Source: a virus (taxonomy: Duplodnaviria; Caudoviricetes). From it: 64,000 nucleotides of DNA. Positions 46,441 to 57,900 of the stretch are shown piece after piece. Below the pieces are notes generated by a model that was not told the DNA's origin, did no database searches, and worked only from the letters and a program-made list of their open reading frames with translations. The stretch is from the IMG/VR virus record IMGVR_UViG_3300022752_000014. The stretch is one strand, 5' to 3'. The position numbers and the translations under genes are program-made. The stretch's first letter is position 1. Every line of letters starts with the position of its first letter.

Positions 46441-48244
46441 GACTAGTAGTCAATCACCTATAGTTGCAAGTGACCAATCAAGCGGAGGCGGTGCTGCTGC
46501 GATTCAATTTAAATCAACTATAGTTAGTCTTAGAAAAAGTTTAGAAGTACAGGAAAGTAGAAATATTCAACAAACTCAAGAAATATCTGCACTTCGTGGG
46601 ACGGTAGATGCTCTTCGAACAGAAACGGCAACTTTAAATAATGGTCTTACAAGTATTTCAAATTTAATACAGCAAGACAGTGCTTTAGAGAAGCAACAAA
46701 ATGCTCAAGAAGTAGAAAGAGAAAGAAGACTTCTTGAAACAAAAATTAGAATGGGAAAAGAGTCCCAACTAGAGCAAAATATTACAAATTCTCTTTCAAG
46801 ACCGGTTCAGGCTCTCCAATCTAAAGTTACTAATATATTTGATGGAATTACAGAAGCTTTAAAGATATTATTTGCCGGATGGTTGACGAATCAATTAATT
46901 GAGACTCTTAAGGCAGCATCTGACGGAAATAAAAATAAATTAGAAGAAATTAAAAATACTGTTCTTAAAGGTATTGGAGATGTTGTAAAAATATTTGCAG
47001 TAATACAAAAGGGATTTGGTTTAGTGATTAAATCTGTGACTGGACTTGCCGGAAGAATTGGTGGTCTTGTTCTTAAACTTGCAAAAGCACCCCTAAATGC
47101 TATAAGAGCCGGACTTCAAACAGTTCCTATTCTAAAAAATGTTTTTCCTAAAGGTCCGAATATAAGAACACCATCTCCGGGTGGGGGAAAAGGTCCAGGA
47201 ATTTTTGGAGCTGCTTGGTCAACCGTAGAAGCTTTTATGAACACCAAAAATGGTGAATATGTAGATGCTGTGATGGCTATAGCAGGAACATTTGGACCAT
47301 TTAGACTTGTTAAAGGTTTAATGGCAGCTGGATTTCTTGCAGACAATATAGCGGAAGTATTTGGTGGTAATATTTTTGGCAAAAATCCAAATTACGAAAA
47401 ACAAGCAAAAGAAATTAAGACAGAAGCAGAAAAACAAAAGAAAGAAGAAAAACCACCGGCAACAACATCAAAAACAGCAGCAAAAGTTGAACCCGCGGCA
47501 AAAGCACAAACTTCTTTGATGGGAGATAAAAAAGATGAGAAATCTGATGTTGACCCAAAAAATATGACTCCTGGACCAATACCAGGAAGTGTAGAAATTA
47601 AACCCACTTCAGATTCCGGTGCTTCTCCCGATCCTTCCACTGTTACTGCTAGTAGTCCAAAAACATCTATGATGCCGGAAACAAAGAAACTGGATACTGC
47701 ATCAACGCCAAAAACGTCTTTGGTGACGGATATGAAGACTGCTGAACCAAAATTAACATCAATAGCAACACCACAAACCTCTATGATGGGGAAAACTTCA
47801 ACAGAAGCACTACCACCTCCAAGTCCTGAAATGGAAAAAAACTTCCAAATGGCTTGGGATAATAGAAATTTTGGTCTTGCAAGAGGCAGAATTGAATCTG
47901 CATGGAACAATATGACTATAGATGAGCAACAGCAGGCAAAAGTATGGGCAAAATCAAAAGGATATGATTGGACTGAAATGAAATTGACTGAAAAATCTTC
48001 GGTTATTCGGGCAGAAGTGACTGAGGCAAAAATGCAACCTCTCCCAAAATCAACCCAGAATGTTGGAGAACTTCAAGAACCAAAACCAAGTGTTATTATG
48101 GCACCGGTAGCACAAAATCAACCTCAACAATCTTCTGCTCCTTCACTTCCAACAAATGGAACTAATGTACCTTTAATCAGTTCTTCTAATCCTGATAATT
48201 TTTATGTTCTTTATTCTCAATTAAATTATAATGTGGTGATATAA
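46439..48244 (+). CDS. Baseplate hub / tail-length-related protein (gp29-position)
   Basis: 601 aa; coiled-coil N-terminus and low-complexity C-half; follows gp51. Confidence 0.5.
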   Translation: MTSSQSPIVASDQSSGGGAAAIQFKSTIVSLRKSLEVQESRNIQQTQEISALRGTVDALRTETATLNNGLTSISNLIQQDSALEKQQNAQEVERERRLLETKIRMGKESQLEQNITNSLSRPVQALQSKVTNIFDGITEALKILFAGWLTNQLIETLKAASDGNKNKLEEIKNTVLKGIGDVVKIFAVIQKGFGLVIKSVTGLAGRIGGLVLKLAKAPLNAIRAGLQTVPILKNVFPKGPNIRTPSPGGGKGPGIFGAAWSTVEAFMNTKNGEYVDAVMAIAGTFGPFRLVKGLMAAGFLADNIAEVFGGNIFGKNPNYEKQAKEIKTEAEKQKKEEKPPATTSKTAAKVEPAAKAQTSLMGDKKDEKSDVDPKNMTPGPIPGSVEIKPTSDSGASPDPSTVTASSPKTSMMPETKKLDTASTPKTSLVTDMKTAEPKLTSIATPQTSMMGKTSTEALPPPSPEMEKNFQMAWDNRNFGLARGRIESAWNNMTIDEQQQAKVWAKSKGYDWTEMKLTEKSSVIRAEVTEAKMQPLPKSTQNVGELQEPKPSVIMAPVAQNQPQQSSAPSLPTNGTNVPLISSSNPDNFYVLYSQLNYNVVI

Positions 48245-48245
48245 T

Positions 48246-50258
48246 ATGGCAATCTCATCACCACTTAAATCAAAAATACCAAAAAGTTCAACAACAACTG
48301 TTAAAAAGTTTCAGACCATTTTATTTAATCGAACAAGAGTTAAAAAGGAAATATTTCAAAATAAAACAATTTTACAGACCCGTAGAATCGAAAACGAAAG
48401 AAGAGTTCAGGCAGAAGAAGAACTTGAGGCACCTAAAATTGCAGTAAAAAAAGGTGGAGCGGCACAATTAATTAGTGGTAGTGCCAAAGGGTTTTTTGAA
48501 AGAATAATGGGATTTCTTGGTTATTTGTCTGCAGGATGGATTATTAATAACTTACCCACTTGGATTTCTATGGGTAAGGAGTTTATTGCCAGAACTCAAC
48601 AAATGGGTAATATACTTGGAAACTTTATTGGAAATACCACAAATATATTTAAAGATTTCACAAGACTTTTAGGTGCAACTTTATTTAATATAATTTCATT
48701 TGATTTTCTTGATACTTCTGGAAGAGTTAGTTCTTCTTTTAATGAACTCACATTAAGTGTTGATAATTGGGGAACTGGATTTGAGGATGCAATCAAATTA
48801 ATAACAACTCCATTAACCGAAGGTATTGCTTCCGGTGAGGATGCTCCATCAACCGGAACTCAAAATACCTATGAAGGTGCCTATGAACGTGGAGCACCTT
48901 ATAGTGGCACTCCGGCACCACAAGTAATGTTAGAGGGTGGAATATCTGGCACTACTGCTTTATTACCAGCTGGTGCAAAGGGTGCTGATCCATATATTGG
49001 AGTCACGGATCGTTTTGGATATTCGAGTTGGAGGGGAAGACACCATAATGGTATTGATATTGGAACAACTGGAGAAAGAGGATATTATGTTGCATTTTTA
49101 CTTGATGGAACGTCAACTCTCATACCCAATAATGGTGGTGCTGGAAATACAGTTGAGATAAAAAGTGGTGGAACAACATATAAATTTTTTCACCTTGCTA
49201 AATTTTCTATTAAATCCGGTTCATATAAAGCTGGAACTGCAATTGGTGAAATTGGTAATACTGGAAGTAGTACAAATATACACTTACATTATGAAGTTCA
49301 TCCATCAGGATCTAGAGGGGTAGATCCAACACCGTATGTAAATCTTATTAAAATTGGAAAAAATCTAGGCAAACCAACTCCTGCTCCAGTTTCGGTTGCT
49401 TCCTCATCAACTAATCAACTACAACAAACCTTAATGGGAACTTCATTTTCTTCGGGTGGTGGTGTTGGAACTAAAGAACAAAAGGCGATGTTGGATTCAA
49501 TTGCCTTTGCTGAAGGAACTTCAAAATATCAAAACGATGGATATAAAACTCTATTTGGAGGTGGACAGTTTAGTGATTATTCAAAACATCCAGATAAAGT
49601 AGTTCGCAAAAATGGATATGCGAGTGCTGCTGCGGGAAGATATCAATTTATGCCAGACACTTTCGCAGATCAATCTAGAAAACTTGGATTAAAGGATTTT
49701 AGTCCTAGAAGTCAAGATTTAGCAGCAATAGGACTTGCAAAAGATTATGGCATAACTCAAGAACTTTTACAAAAAGAAGGTATGAGTATGAAAGTCTCTT
49801 CTCTTTTGGGGAGACAGTGGGCTTCTTTTCCTGGTAAAACTATTGGAATGGATCAACCAACACAAGAATTAAAAAAAATACAAAATGTTTATCAGAAATC
49901 ATTAGGATCTCCTCAACAATCATCCCCAACATCAACAAAATCAACAACACAATCATCCCCAACACAAGCACAAACACAACCATCCCCAACACAAGCACAA
50001 ACACAACCATCCCCAACACAAGCACAAATAACACCAACCGGAAATTCACAAAATCAACAAGTAAATCAATCATTAACACCAGAAAGAAAAGGACAAACCG
50101 TGATTGTTTTTCAAAATCCTTCACAACAACCTCAACAAACGATGCCTTATGGTGGTGGTGGATCTTCGGGTGGCGGATCTTCACCACAAACCAATGAAAT
50201 TACTTTGTTAAATATTTTTATGAAAAATAAATTTCTACTCGATCTTGCTTACCTATAA
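48246..50258 (+). CDS. Virion protein with M23 peptidase and lambda/GH104-like lysozyme domains
   Basis: HNGIDIG, FFHL, GNTGSST..HLHYEV (M23); A.LD.IA.AEGT...Y.TLFGG.QF.D.S.HP...SAAAGRYQF..DT (muramidase). Confidence 0.8.
   Translation: MAISSPLKSKIPKSSTTTVKKFQTILFNRTRVKKEIFQNKTILQTRRIENERRVQAEEELEAPKIAVKKGGAAQLISGSAKGFFERIMGFLGYLSAGWIINNLPTWISMGKEFIARTQQMGNILGNFIGNTTNIFKDFTRLLGATLFNIISFDFLDTSGRVSSSFNELTLSVDNWGTGFEDAIKLITTPLTEGIASGEDAPSTGTQNTYEGAYERGAPYSGTPAPQVMLEGGISGTTALLPAGAKGADPYIGVTDRFGYSSWRGRHHNGIDIGTTGERGYYVAFLLDGTSTLIPNNGGAGNTVEIKSGGTTYKFFHLAKFSIKSGSYKAGTAIGEIGNTGSSTNIHLHYEVHPSGSRGVDPTPYVNLIKIGKNLGKPTPAPVSVASSSTNQLQQTLMGTSFSSGGGVGTKEQKAMLDSIAFAEGTSKYQNDGYKTLFGGGQFSDYSKHPDKVVRKNGYASAAAGRYQFMPDTFADQSRKLGLKDFSPRSQDLAAIGLAKDYGITQELLQKEGMSMKVSSLLGRQWASFPGKTIGMDQPTQELKKIQNVYQKSLGSPQQSSPTSTKSTTQSSPTQAQTQPSPTQAQTQPSPTQAQITPTGNSQNQQVNQSLTPERKGQTVIVFQNPSQQPQQTMPYGGGGSSGGGSSPQTNEITLLNIFMKNKFLLDLAYL
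49956..50030 (+). repeat. 27-nt tandem repeat, about 3 copies (SPTQAQTQP)
   Basis: Units start at 49956, 49983 and 50010. Confidence 0.85.
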
Positions 50259-51595
50259 TGTCAATTAATAAATCCATATACGAAGAACTTATTCTTGAGT
50301 CAAATGATCAAAAAAGATCTGTTGATATTCGAACCGGAACAATTGCTCTTCAGTATTTTGAGGATATTTTTTCTCCTACAATTACTGCCAAACTTAAAGT
50401 TGTGAATACTGGGAATACGATAACATCATTTAATGATGATGATGGAGAAACTCAATCAATTTATAATGGTCTTCCTCTTCGTGGTGGTGAAAGACTTTCG
50501 ATGAAAATTGCCGGTAATGTTCCGGGAAGAGAGTCTTTGGATTTTTCACAAAATTCAAAAAAATATCTTTATGTCTCAAGTATTACAGATATAATTTCTG
50601 AAGCTCAACAAGAAAGTTTTACTCTCAATTTGGTTTCGAGAGAGGCAATCACAAACGAAACCTCACGAGTGATGAGAAAATATCAAACAACATCAAAAAT
50701 TAGTGATTCTGTTAAAAAAATATTAACAGATGTTCTTAAGACTGATAATATAGGAACAATTGATGAAACCTCAAATAAGTATGGTTTTATTGGTAATATG
50801 AGAAAACCATTTACGGTATTAGTCTGGTTGGCGTCCAAGAGTGTTCCTGTTTCTTCTGGAGATGTGACTGCCGGATTTGTATTTTATCAAACTCGGGACG
50901 GATTTCAATTTAGATCTATTGATGATTTAATTTCTAAACAAAAACCAAAGGCAAAATATATCTATAGTTCAACTACTGTTTCATATGACGAGGAAGAAAA
51001 TAAAGTCAATAATGAATTTAAGATTTTAAATTATTTTATAGAAAAAAATCAAAATTTAATTGAGAAACTTCGTCTTGGGGCATATGCAAGTCACAGAACA
51101 TTTTTTAATCCTTTAACATTTAATTTTACTGAATATGAGAAGGGTGTATTTAAACTTAAGGATTATGAAAATAAAACAAAAAATTTGGGTGGAAATGACT
51201 TAAAACTTCCTAAATTGTCCGAAGGTTCTGATTTATCAATTGCAGATGCTCCTTCAAGAATTATTACTGCTGTTTTAGATATTGGAACATTAGAAAAGGA
51301 TGTTTCTTATGATAGTAATTCTGATCCAACTCTATACCAATCTCAGTCTTTGTTTAGATATAATGCTCTTTTTACAAACATTTTGAGTATGATGATTCCT
51401 GTGAATACTGATTTGAGAGCAGGAGATATGATTGAGTGTTTATTTCCAAAAATCACACAGTCCGAAAAAAGAGAACACGATTACGAAACAAGTGGTCTAT
51501 ATATTATTAAAGAATTATGTCACCATTTTGATACTGATAATTCTTATACTTCATTAAAATTATTGAGAGATACTTTTGGAATTAATACTCAATAA
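50258..51595 (+). CDS. Baseplate hub subunit (gp27-like)
   Basis: YFEDIFSP.ITA, LP.RGGE, F.FYQTRDGF.F.SID.L, IP.N..LRAGD.I, SG.Y.I..LCH.F; located before gp5. Confidence 0.65.
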   Translation: MSINKSIYEELILESNDQKRSVDIRTGTIALQYFEDIFSPTITAKLKVVNTGNTITSFNDDDGETQSIYNGLPLRGGERLSMKIAGNVPGRESLDFSQNSKKYLYVSSITDIISEAQQESFTLNLVSREAITNETSRVMRKYQTTSKISDSVKKILTDVLKTDNIGTIDETSNKYGFIGNMRKPFTVLVWLASKSVPVSSGDVTAGFVFYQTRDGFQFRSIDDLISKQKPKAKYIYSSTTVSYDEEENKVNNEFKILNYFIEKNQNLIEKLRLGAYASHRTFFNPLTFNFTEYEKGVFKLKDYENKTKNLGGNDLKLPKLSEGSDLSIADAPSRIITAVLDIGTLEKDVSYDSNSDPTLYQSQSLFRYNALFTNILSMMIPVNTDLRAGDMIECLFPKITQSEKREHDYETSGLYIIKELCHHFDTDNSYTSLKLLRDTFGINTQ

Positions 51596-51600
51596 AAATA

Positions 51601-53634
51601 ATGATAGACGAATCACTACTCAAAAGTAATTTTTTAGGAAGAGACGGATTTCGTTGGTGGGTTGGGCAAATTCCACCGGAAGAATCTCATGGTGGGCAGA
51701 TAAATGGTGCCGGATGGGGAAATAGATTTAAGGTTCGTATTATTGGATATCATCCTTATAGTTATGATGAACTTCCTGATGATGAACTTCCTTGGGCACA
51801 GTGTTTATTGCCGACAACAACCGGAACAGGTGCCGGAAATAATTCCACATCAGTAAAGGTATCTCCCAGTGATATTGTATTTGGATTTTTTCTGGACGGA
51901 GATAATTCTCAAATTCCTGTAATTGTGGGATGTTTCGGAAGAACATCACAGGTTCCTAGTAGTGATAAACCATCATCACCATTTGTTCCATTCACCGGAT
52001 ATACTAGTAAGGTTAAAAAACCAAACGGAACACTTAAACCGGATCAGAGTGGAGAACAAAATGCCGAGTCTCAAAAGTCTCCAAGACACGTCTCACCAGA
52101 ACAGGCAGAGGCAATTAATAATGATGAAATTGCTTATTCCAAATCAACAGGAGATAAAATTCAATTAGGAAATGCTGTAGGAAACACCACAACTAATAAG
52201 ATCTCAACAGAAGTCAATAATTTATTGAATAAGGTAAAGACTCCTTCAATATTCACAAACATTGCGAATGAAATTAACCGTGTGGTTGATAAAATTCAGT
52301 CAATTACGAATGGACTTGTTGGAAATATGATGAACGGATTGTATAAGGCAATTATACCAATTTTTACAAAGGGTCTTGATTTATTGTATAAGGCAATTTC
52401 TGCAAAAATTTTAGCAGCCTCTGGAAATGTTGCCGCAGCTCATATTGCCGGTGTTGCTGCACAAACTGCACTGACGAGACCAATGGCGGAAGTTCAAAAA
52501 GCACTTACCTGTGTTGCCTCAACTGTTGTGAATTCACTTACTAGTATTATTGAGGATATGCTCAATTCGGTAATACAAAATGTTAAAAATTTTGTAACCT
52601 GTGCCGCAGATCAATTTACGGGAGTTTTGGTGAATGATATTATTGGAAAAATCACAAATGGATTGGGACCAGTATTGGATGGAATTAAGGCAATTTTACA
52701 ATTATTGCCAGATTTTAGTATTGATAAATTTTTGAGAAATAGTGTTGGTGCAATTTCTGGTCTTGTTGGAATGTTTGATTGTAATCAAAATAAGTCAAAA
52801 ATGAGTGGTCTTGTTGAGGAATGGGTAATTGGTCGTGGTCCGGCAAATGTACCTGGACCAAGTTTTGATAAAATTTTAGAAAATGCAAATCTTACCGATG
52901 TAATAAGTATTCCTCAAAATGCAATTGATTCAGTGACTGGTGCATTCAGTGCGATTAATAATCTTCCAAATAAAATTGGGAATTGTTATACAGGAAATCC
53001 ATTATATGTAAGTGCTCCAACTATTAATATTTTTGGTGGTGGTGGATCTGGTTCCACTGCAATTTCATTAATTGGTGCAATTTCGGGAGGAACCGGAAGT
53101 GTGATTGGTGTAAAAGTAACTAATGGTGGATCCGGATATAGATTTCCTCCATTTGTTGAAATTATCGATAATGCAAATCAAGGATATGGTGCTGTTGCCA
53201 GAGCAATTATCAAGGACGGAAAAGTTGACTCAATTTATATTGTATCAGAAGGTGAAAATTATTCTCCAGGAGATTTTTATGATAATTCCAATAAGACAAC
53301 TGCAGATGAGGTCATAAAATCTTCAACAGACCCTGACGTATTAAAATCTAAAGATTATACTATTGATAAAATTTTAATTGTAAATCCAGGAAAAAATTAT
53401 AATGAAGATGATAATATTGTAAAAGATCAATTTGATAATGAATATTTTGTTCAAATAGATAATGGATCTATTATCAATGTCGAACCAATAAATAATATAG
53501 TTACTGTAAGTGATCTTCCTATAATTCAAATTGACTCTAATACTGGATCCGGTGCAATCTTAAGACCCATATTAGATATTATATCTCCAGATTTACAGGG
53601 TGAAGTCAAACAAGTTATTGATTGTGTAAAATAA
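51601..53634 (+). CDS. gp5: gp5-like baseplate hub protein, N-terminal OB-fold part, no T4-lysozyme domain
   Basis: FRWWVGQI, RFKVRIIGYH, LPWA..LLPTT, VFGFFLDG...Q.P.I.G. Confidence 0.8.
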   Translation: MIDESLLKSNFLGRDGFRWWVGQIPPEESHGGQINGAGWGNRFKVRIIGYHPYSYDELPDDELPWAQCLLPTTTGTGAGNNSTSVKVSPSDIVFGFFLDGDNSQIPVIVGCFGRTSQVPSSDKPSSPFVPFTGYTSKVKKPNGTLKPDQSGEQNAESQKSPRHVSPEQAEAINNDEIAYSKSTGDKIQLGNAVGNTTTNKISTEVNNLLNKVKTPSIFTNIANEINRVVDKIQSITNGLVGNMMNGLYKAIIPIFTKGLDLLYKAISAKILAASGNVAAAHIAGVAAQTALTRPMAEVQKALTCVASTVVNSLTSIIEDMLNSVIQNVKNFVTCAADQFTGVLVNDIIGKITNGLGPVLDGIKAILQLLPDFSIDKFLRNSVGAISGLVGMFDCNQNKSKMSGLVEEWVIGRGPANVPGPSFDKILENANLTDVISIPQNAIDSVTGAFSAINNLPNKIGNCYTGNPLYVSAPTINIFGGGGSGSTAISLIGAISGGTGSVIGVKVTNGGSGYRFPPFVEIIDNANQGYGAVARAIIKDGKVDSIYIVSEGENYSPGDFYDNSNKTTADEVIKSSTDPDVLKSKDYTIDKILIVNPGKNYNEDDNIVKDQFDNEYFVQIDNGSIINVEPINNIVTVSDLPIIQIDSNTGSGAILRPILDIISPDLQGEVKQVIDCVK

Positions 53635-53635
53635 A

Positions 53636-54196
53636 ATGGCAGAAAGACCTTTTGATAAACAAAACTGGCAAAATAGAAGTATTCAAAGTTTTGGTCCAAA
53701 ATTTAGAATAGATATGTGTAATCCCCAGATGGGATTGAATGGGACTGATGTATATAACATTTATGCCGTAACTGATAGTAATGATGTTTGTCTTACTGGA
53801 TTAAGTGAGGGTGGAATATATAAAATATATAATGACCAATCGATTGAAATTATTGCTGGGCAGAATAGTCAATCAAATGGTGTTGATATTGTAATTAGTG
53901 GAAGAAACGGTGATGTATGTATCACGGCAGAAAAAAACGGAAAGGTTAGAATCCGTGCTCAAAATATTATGATTGATGCCGATGAAGATGTTGATATTAA
54001 GGCAGGGAGAAATATCACATTAGAATCTGGTTCTGGAAGAATTTTACTCAAAGGAAGTAAGATGGACTGTGATGGACTATCTGGAAATTTAGTTCCAAAG
54101 AGTCTTCAATTTACATCCAAAGTATTCAGCGGAACATTTGTTGGTGGAGATATTGTCGAACAAATATTAGATACAATAGTCCCTGAAATATTCTAA
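53636..54196 (+). CDS. gp5 C-terminal beta-helix-like spike segment (separate gene)
   Basis: Repeating IEIIAG/VVISG/IMIDA/ITLES beta-strand units directly after gp5. Confidence 0.6.
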   Translation: MAERPFDKQNWQNRSIQSFGPKFRIDMCNPQMGLNGTDVYNIYAVTDSNDVCLTGLSEGGIYKIYNDQSIEIIAGQNSQSNGVDIVISGRNGDVCITAEKNGKVRIRAQNIMIDADEDVDIKAGRNITLESGSGRILLKGSKMDCDGLSGNLVPKSLQFTSKVFSGTFVGGDIVEQILDTIVPEIF

Positions 54197-54200
54197 TAAT

Positions 54201-54887
54201 ATGTCTGAACGGAACGACTCAATTGATCCAAATGTTAATGTTTCGGGAAGACAGTCATATTTTAATGAGGATGCAAAATTCTTTAAGGATGTTTATATTT
54301 ACGGAAACCTATATTATGAATTTGAGGACAAAAGTGTAGAAATATTTAGAAATTCATATTTTAAAGGAGATGTTAATATTGATGGAAATTTAGATGTAGG
54401 AATTCTTACAGTCAGAAAAAGACTAGATGTTGGAATTGGTGGAACTGTACTTAGAGCAATTGCAGATCTTGAGGGACTTCCTTTCATTTCCGGAAAGGTT
54501 GGGATAGCAAGTACATCTCCAAAACAAACCTTAGATGTAATTGGGAGTGCAATTATTAGTGAAAAGGTTGGGATAGGAATCACTTACCCAAGACAAACAT
54601 TAGATGTAAATGGGACTACAATTATTAGTCAAAAAGTTGGTATCGGTGGAACTACAATACCTGAACAAGTACTTGATGTAAATGGAAGTGTAAAAATAGA
54701 TGCAAATATTTTTGACTCTGTAAATTCTCCCGGAAAAAATGGATATCAATTAGTCAAAGATGTAAGAGGAATTCGTTGGATTGCTATGTTTGCTCAAGGA
54801 GTCACTCCAGGAGTTGGATTTGGTACAATCGTAGGAATTCAAACCGATGGATTCTTTGTGTTGGATGAAGGAATACCAATTTTTTGA
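54201..54887 (+). CDS. Short fibre-like structural protein
   Basis: Three KVGI(A/G).T.P.Q.LDV.G units. Confidence 0.6.
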   Translation: MSERNDSIDPNVNVSGRQSYFNEDAKFFKDVYIYGNLYYEFEDKSVEIFRNSYFKGDVNIDGNLDVGILTVRKRLDVGIGGTVLRAIADLEGLPFISGKVGIASTSPKQTLDVIGSAIISEKVGIGITYPRQTLDVNGTTIISQKVGIGGTTIPEQVLDVNGSVKIDANIFDSVNSPGKNGYQLVKDVRGIRWIAMFAQGVTPGVGFGTIVGIQTDGFFVLDEGIPIF

Positions 54888-54896
54888 TGATGTTTT

Positions 54897-54904
54897 TATA
54901 AATA
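54897..54904 (+). promoter_or_regulatory. T4-type late promoter
   Basis: Exact TATAAATA upstream of ATG 54925. Confidence 0.7.
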
Positions 54905-54924
54905 CCTATAATACAAATAAATAA

Positions 54925-57900
54925 ATGCCTAATTATTTTTATATACAAAATCAGGGAGTATTTGTTCCAACAAATCAATTGGCGCAGTCATTTGCTGCTT
55001 TAAATATTGTTGAGAAAAATAGTCTTGGAATTGGAACTGATACTTTAAAACCTATTTCTAATATTGATAATCCAAATTGGATTGCAGATCTTCAAACTAA
55101 AGATTTGTGGGGATTTTCTGGATCTGGAGATTATGCATCAATTTATAGAATGACTAAGGTTGGTATTAAGAATGATAATCCAACCGACGATCTTGATATT
55201 ACCGGAACTCTCCGTGCAACAGATACTGTAAGATTTACTAAGAATGAAGACTCTACAAACTCAACAGACGGAACACTTAGAGTAACTGGTGGCGTTGGTA
55301 TAAGTAAAAGATTATTTGTCGGGAGTAATGAAGACTCAACAAGTACATCAACCGGAGCTGTTCAAGTAACTGGTGGAGTTGGTGTAACTAAGAAAGTATT
55401 TGTTGGAGATACTGAAGACTCCACAAGTACATCAACCGGAGCACTTAGAGTAACTGGTGGAGTTGGTGTAACTAAGAAAGTATTTGTTGGAGATACTGAA
55501 GACTCCACAAGTACATCAACCGGAGCACTTAGAGTAACTGGTGGCGTTGGTGTAACTAAGAAAGTATTTGTTGGAGATACTGAAGACTCCACAAGTACAT
55601 CAACCGGAGCACTTAGAGTAACTGGTGGCGTTGGTGTAACTAAGAAGGTATTTATTGGAGACACAGAAGACTCCACAAACTCAACAAACGGAGCACTTAG
55701 AGTAGTTGGTGGAGTTGGTATTGGTAAAACTTTAAATGTTGGCGGTGCGACATCGATTTCACAGACTTTAAATGTTGAAAAAGCAACAACACTTCAAACT
55801 ACACTTCAAGTTGGAATTGCCGGAACAGTCATTACAACCACCGGAATTGGTTCAGTTGGTATTGGAACCAATCTTCCATCTAAAGGATTGGATATTGCAA
55901 ATCAAGTCTTATTGCAAAAGGCACTATATGACTCAAATCGAAATGTAGGATATAAAACAGAATTTTATAAAACTCCAAGAACAGTATTGGGACAAGTTGC
56001 AGTTGGTGCTACTGGTGAAGTTATTAGTGATAGATTTTTTGATGCAGCAAATTTAATAAGACTTAATCTTGATTTTATTGCAGCAGAAGCAGTTGGATTT
56101 ATTACAAGCACTAGTTATAAAAGTCCGGCATTTGTTGTTCCTGGAATTAGTTCTTGCAAAGATGATATTAAAGATATTTTAAAAGCAATTACGTTTGATA
56201 TTACGAAGGGTGGAAATTCACAGTCTGTTGGTGCCGGTCTTTCTTATTATAATGGAGCATCACTTATTCATATTACCGGAAATGATGTAAATGGATATAG
56301 TATTAAAGATGCAACTATCGTTGCAATTACGACTGCCGCACAAATTTCACAAAAAGTAATTAATAATGTTTTATTGACTACATCATATCAAAGTGGTGTG
56401 AGTAGTATTCGTCAAATTAGAGATTTGACAATACAAGATGATGCTTCTGTTAATTCTAATGCAAATATTGGTGGATGTTCAAATGTAGTCTCTGCAATTT
56501 ATACTTGTGCCGGTATTGTAACTGCAATTATTGGAGGTGGATCTGGTTCTGCTCCTACTATTACTCAACCAGATGGTAAAGTGGTATGGGTTCCTCCCGG
56601 AACTGATGTAAGAAATTTAGTTTGGGTGAATAAGTATGGTAATGATGATAATGGTGGAAAAACAGAAGGAGATGCAAAATTAACAATTGCAGCAGCTGCA
56701 GCAATTGCTCAACCCGGTGATACGATTATGGTTCGTTCTGGTGTTTATTATGAGAATAATCCAATTGGTTTGAGAACTGATGTTTCTGTTACTGGTCAGG
56801 ATTTGAGATTAGTAACAGTAGTTCCTCAAAATAGTGGTAAAGATGTATTTCACGTCAGAAGAGGATGTTTGATTGAGAATATGAACTTTGCCTGTGATAC
56901 TGGACAATCTAATCCAGGTGGTGGTGCAGTTGCATTCCCACCAACAGATACATCTAAAATATCAGTATCTGGTTATATCGCTCCTGGACCAGCAACAGAA
57001 GGTCCATCGGGAAGATGGAGAAGTCCTTATGTTAGGAACTGTACCAATTTTATGCCCTTAAGTATTGGTATGAAGATTGATGGAAATCATGCAACCGCTT
57101 CTACGATTGGTGCTGATTTAAAATCTATGGTCTGTGACTCATTTACACAATATAATGAGGCAGGTATTGGAGTTTCAATCACTAATAATGGATATGCTCA
57201 GTTAGTTTCTATTTTTACAATTAACTGTGATATTGCAATTTATTGTGATACTGGTGGACAGTGTGATCTTACTAACTCTAACTCATCATTTGGTAATTTT
57301 GGTCTTGTTGCAGTTGGTCTGGGTGCAACTGAATTTACCGGTAAAGTAAATACCACCACAACTATCGAAACTGATAAAATTGTATTTAAAGATGTTAAGG
57401 ATACACCTGTTGGTGCTGGAGCAATTGTAAGAAGACCATATGATGGGCAGGCACTATGGTTTAAAATAAATCTTTCAAATTATAATACAGGTCAAGTTGG
57501 AGTGATTACTGCACCTTTACAGAGATTAAAATCTATTACTGTTGTAAATGGTGGTTCTGGATATAGTCAAACTACTCCTCCAGATATTACCATTTCTCCG
57601 GATCCATTGGGTCCCGAAGGAATTATTGCCGAAGTATCTGCAACAATTAGTGATGGTGGTTCAATTACTGAAGTTGATATTATAGATTCTGGAAGAAATT
57701 ATCTTCCTAATCAAAATATAGAGATTAAAATTAATGGTATTGTAACTAATGATTTGACGGCTAAAATGGAACCAATCTATTTTACTGTAAGTGAGGCAAC
57801 ACTTCCAACACCAGTTACTGGTATTACTACAGTGATTTTAAATGAATTTGTTCCTTATCTTTTGTATGGAGATACTGATATTGAGATGAAAAGAATTAGT

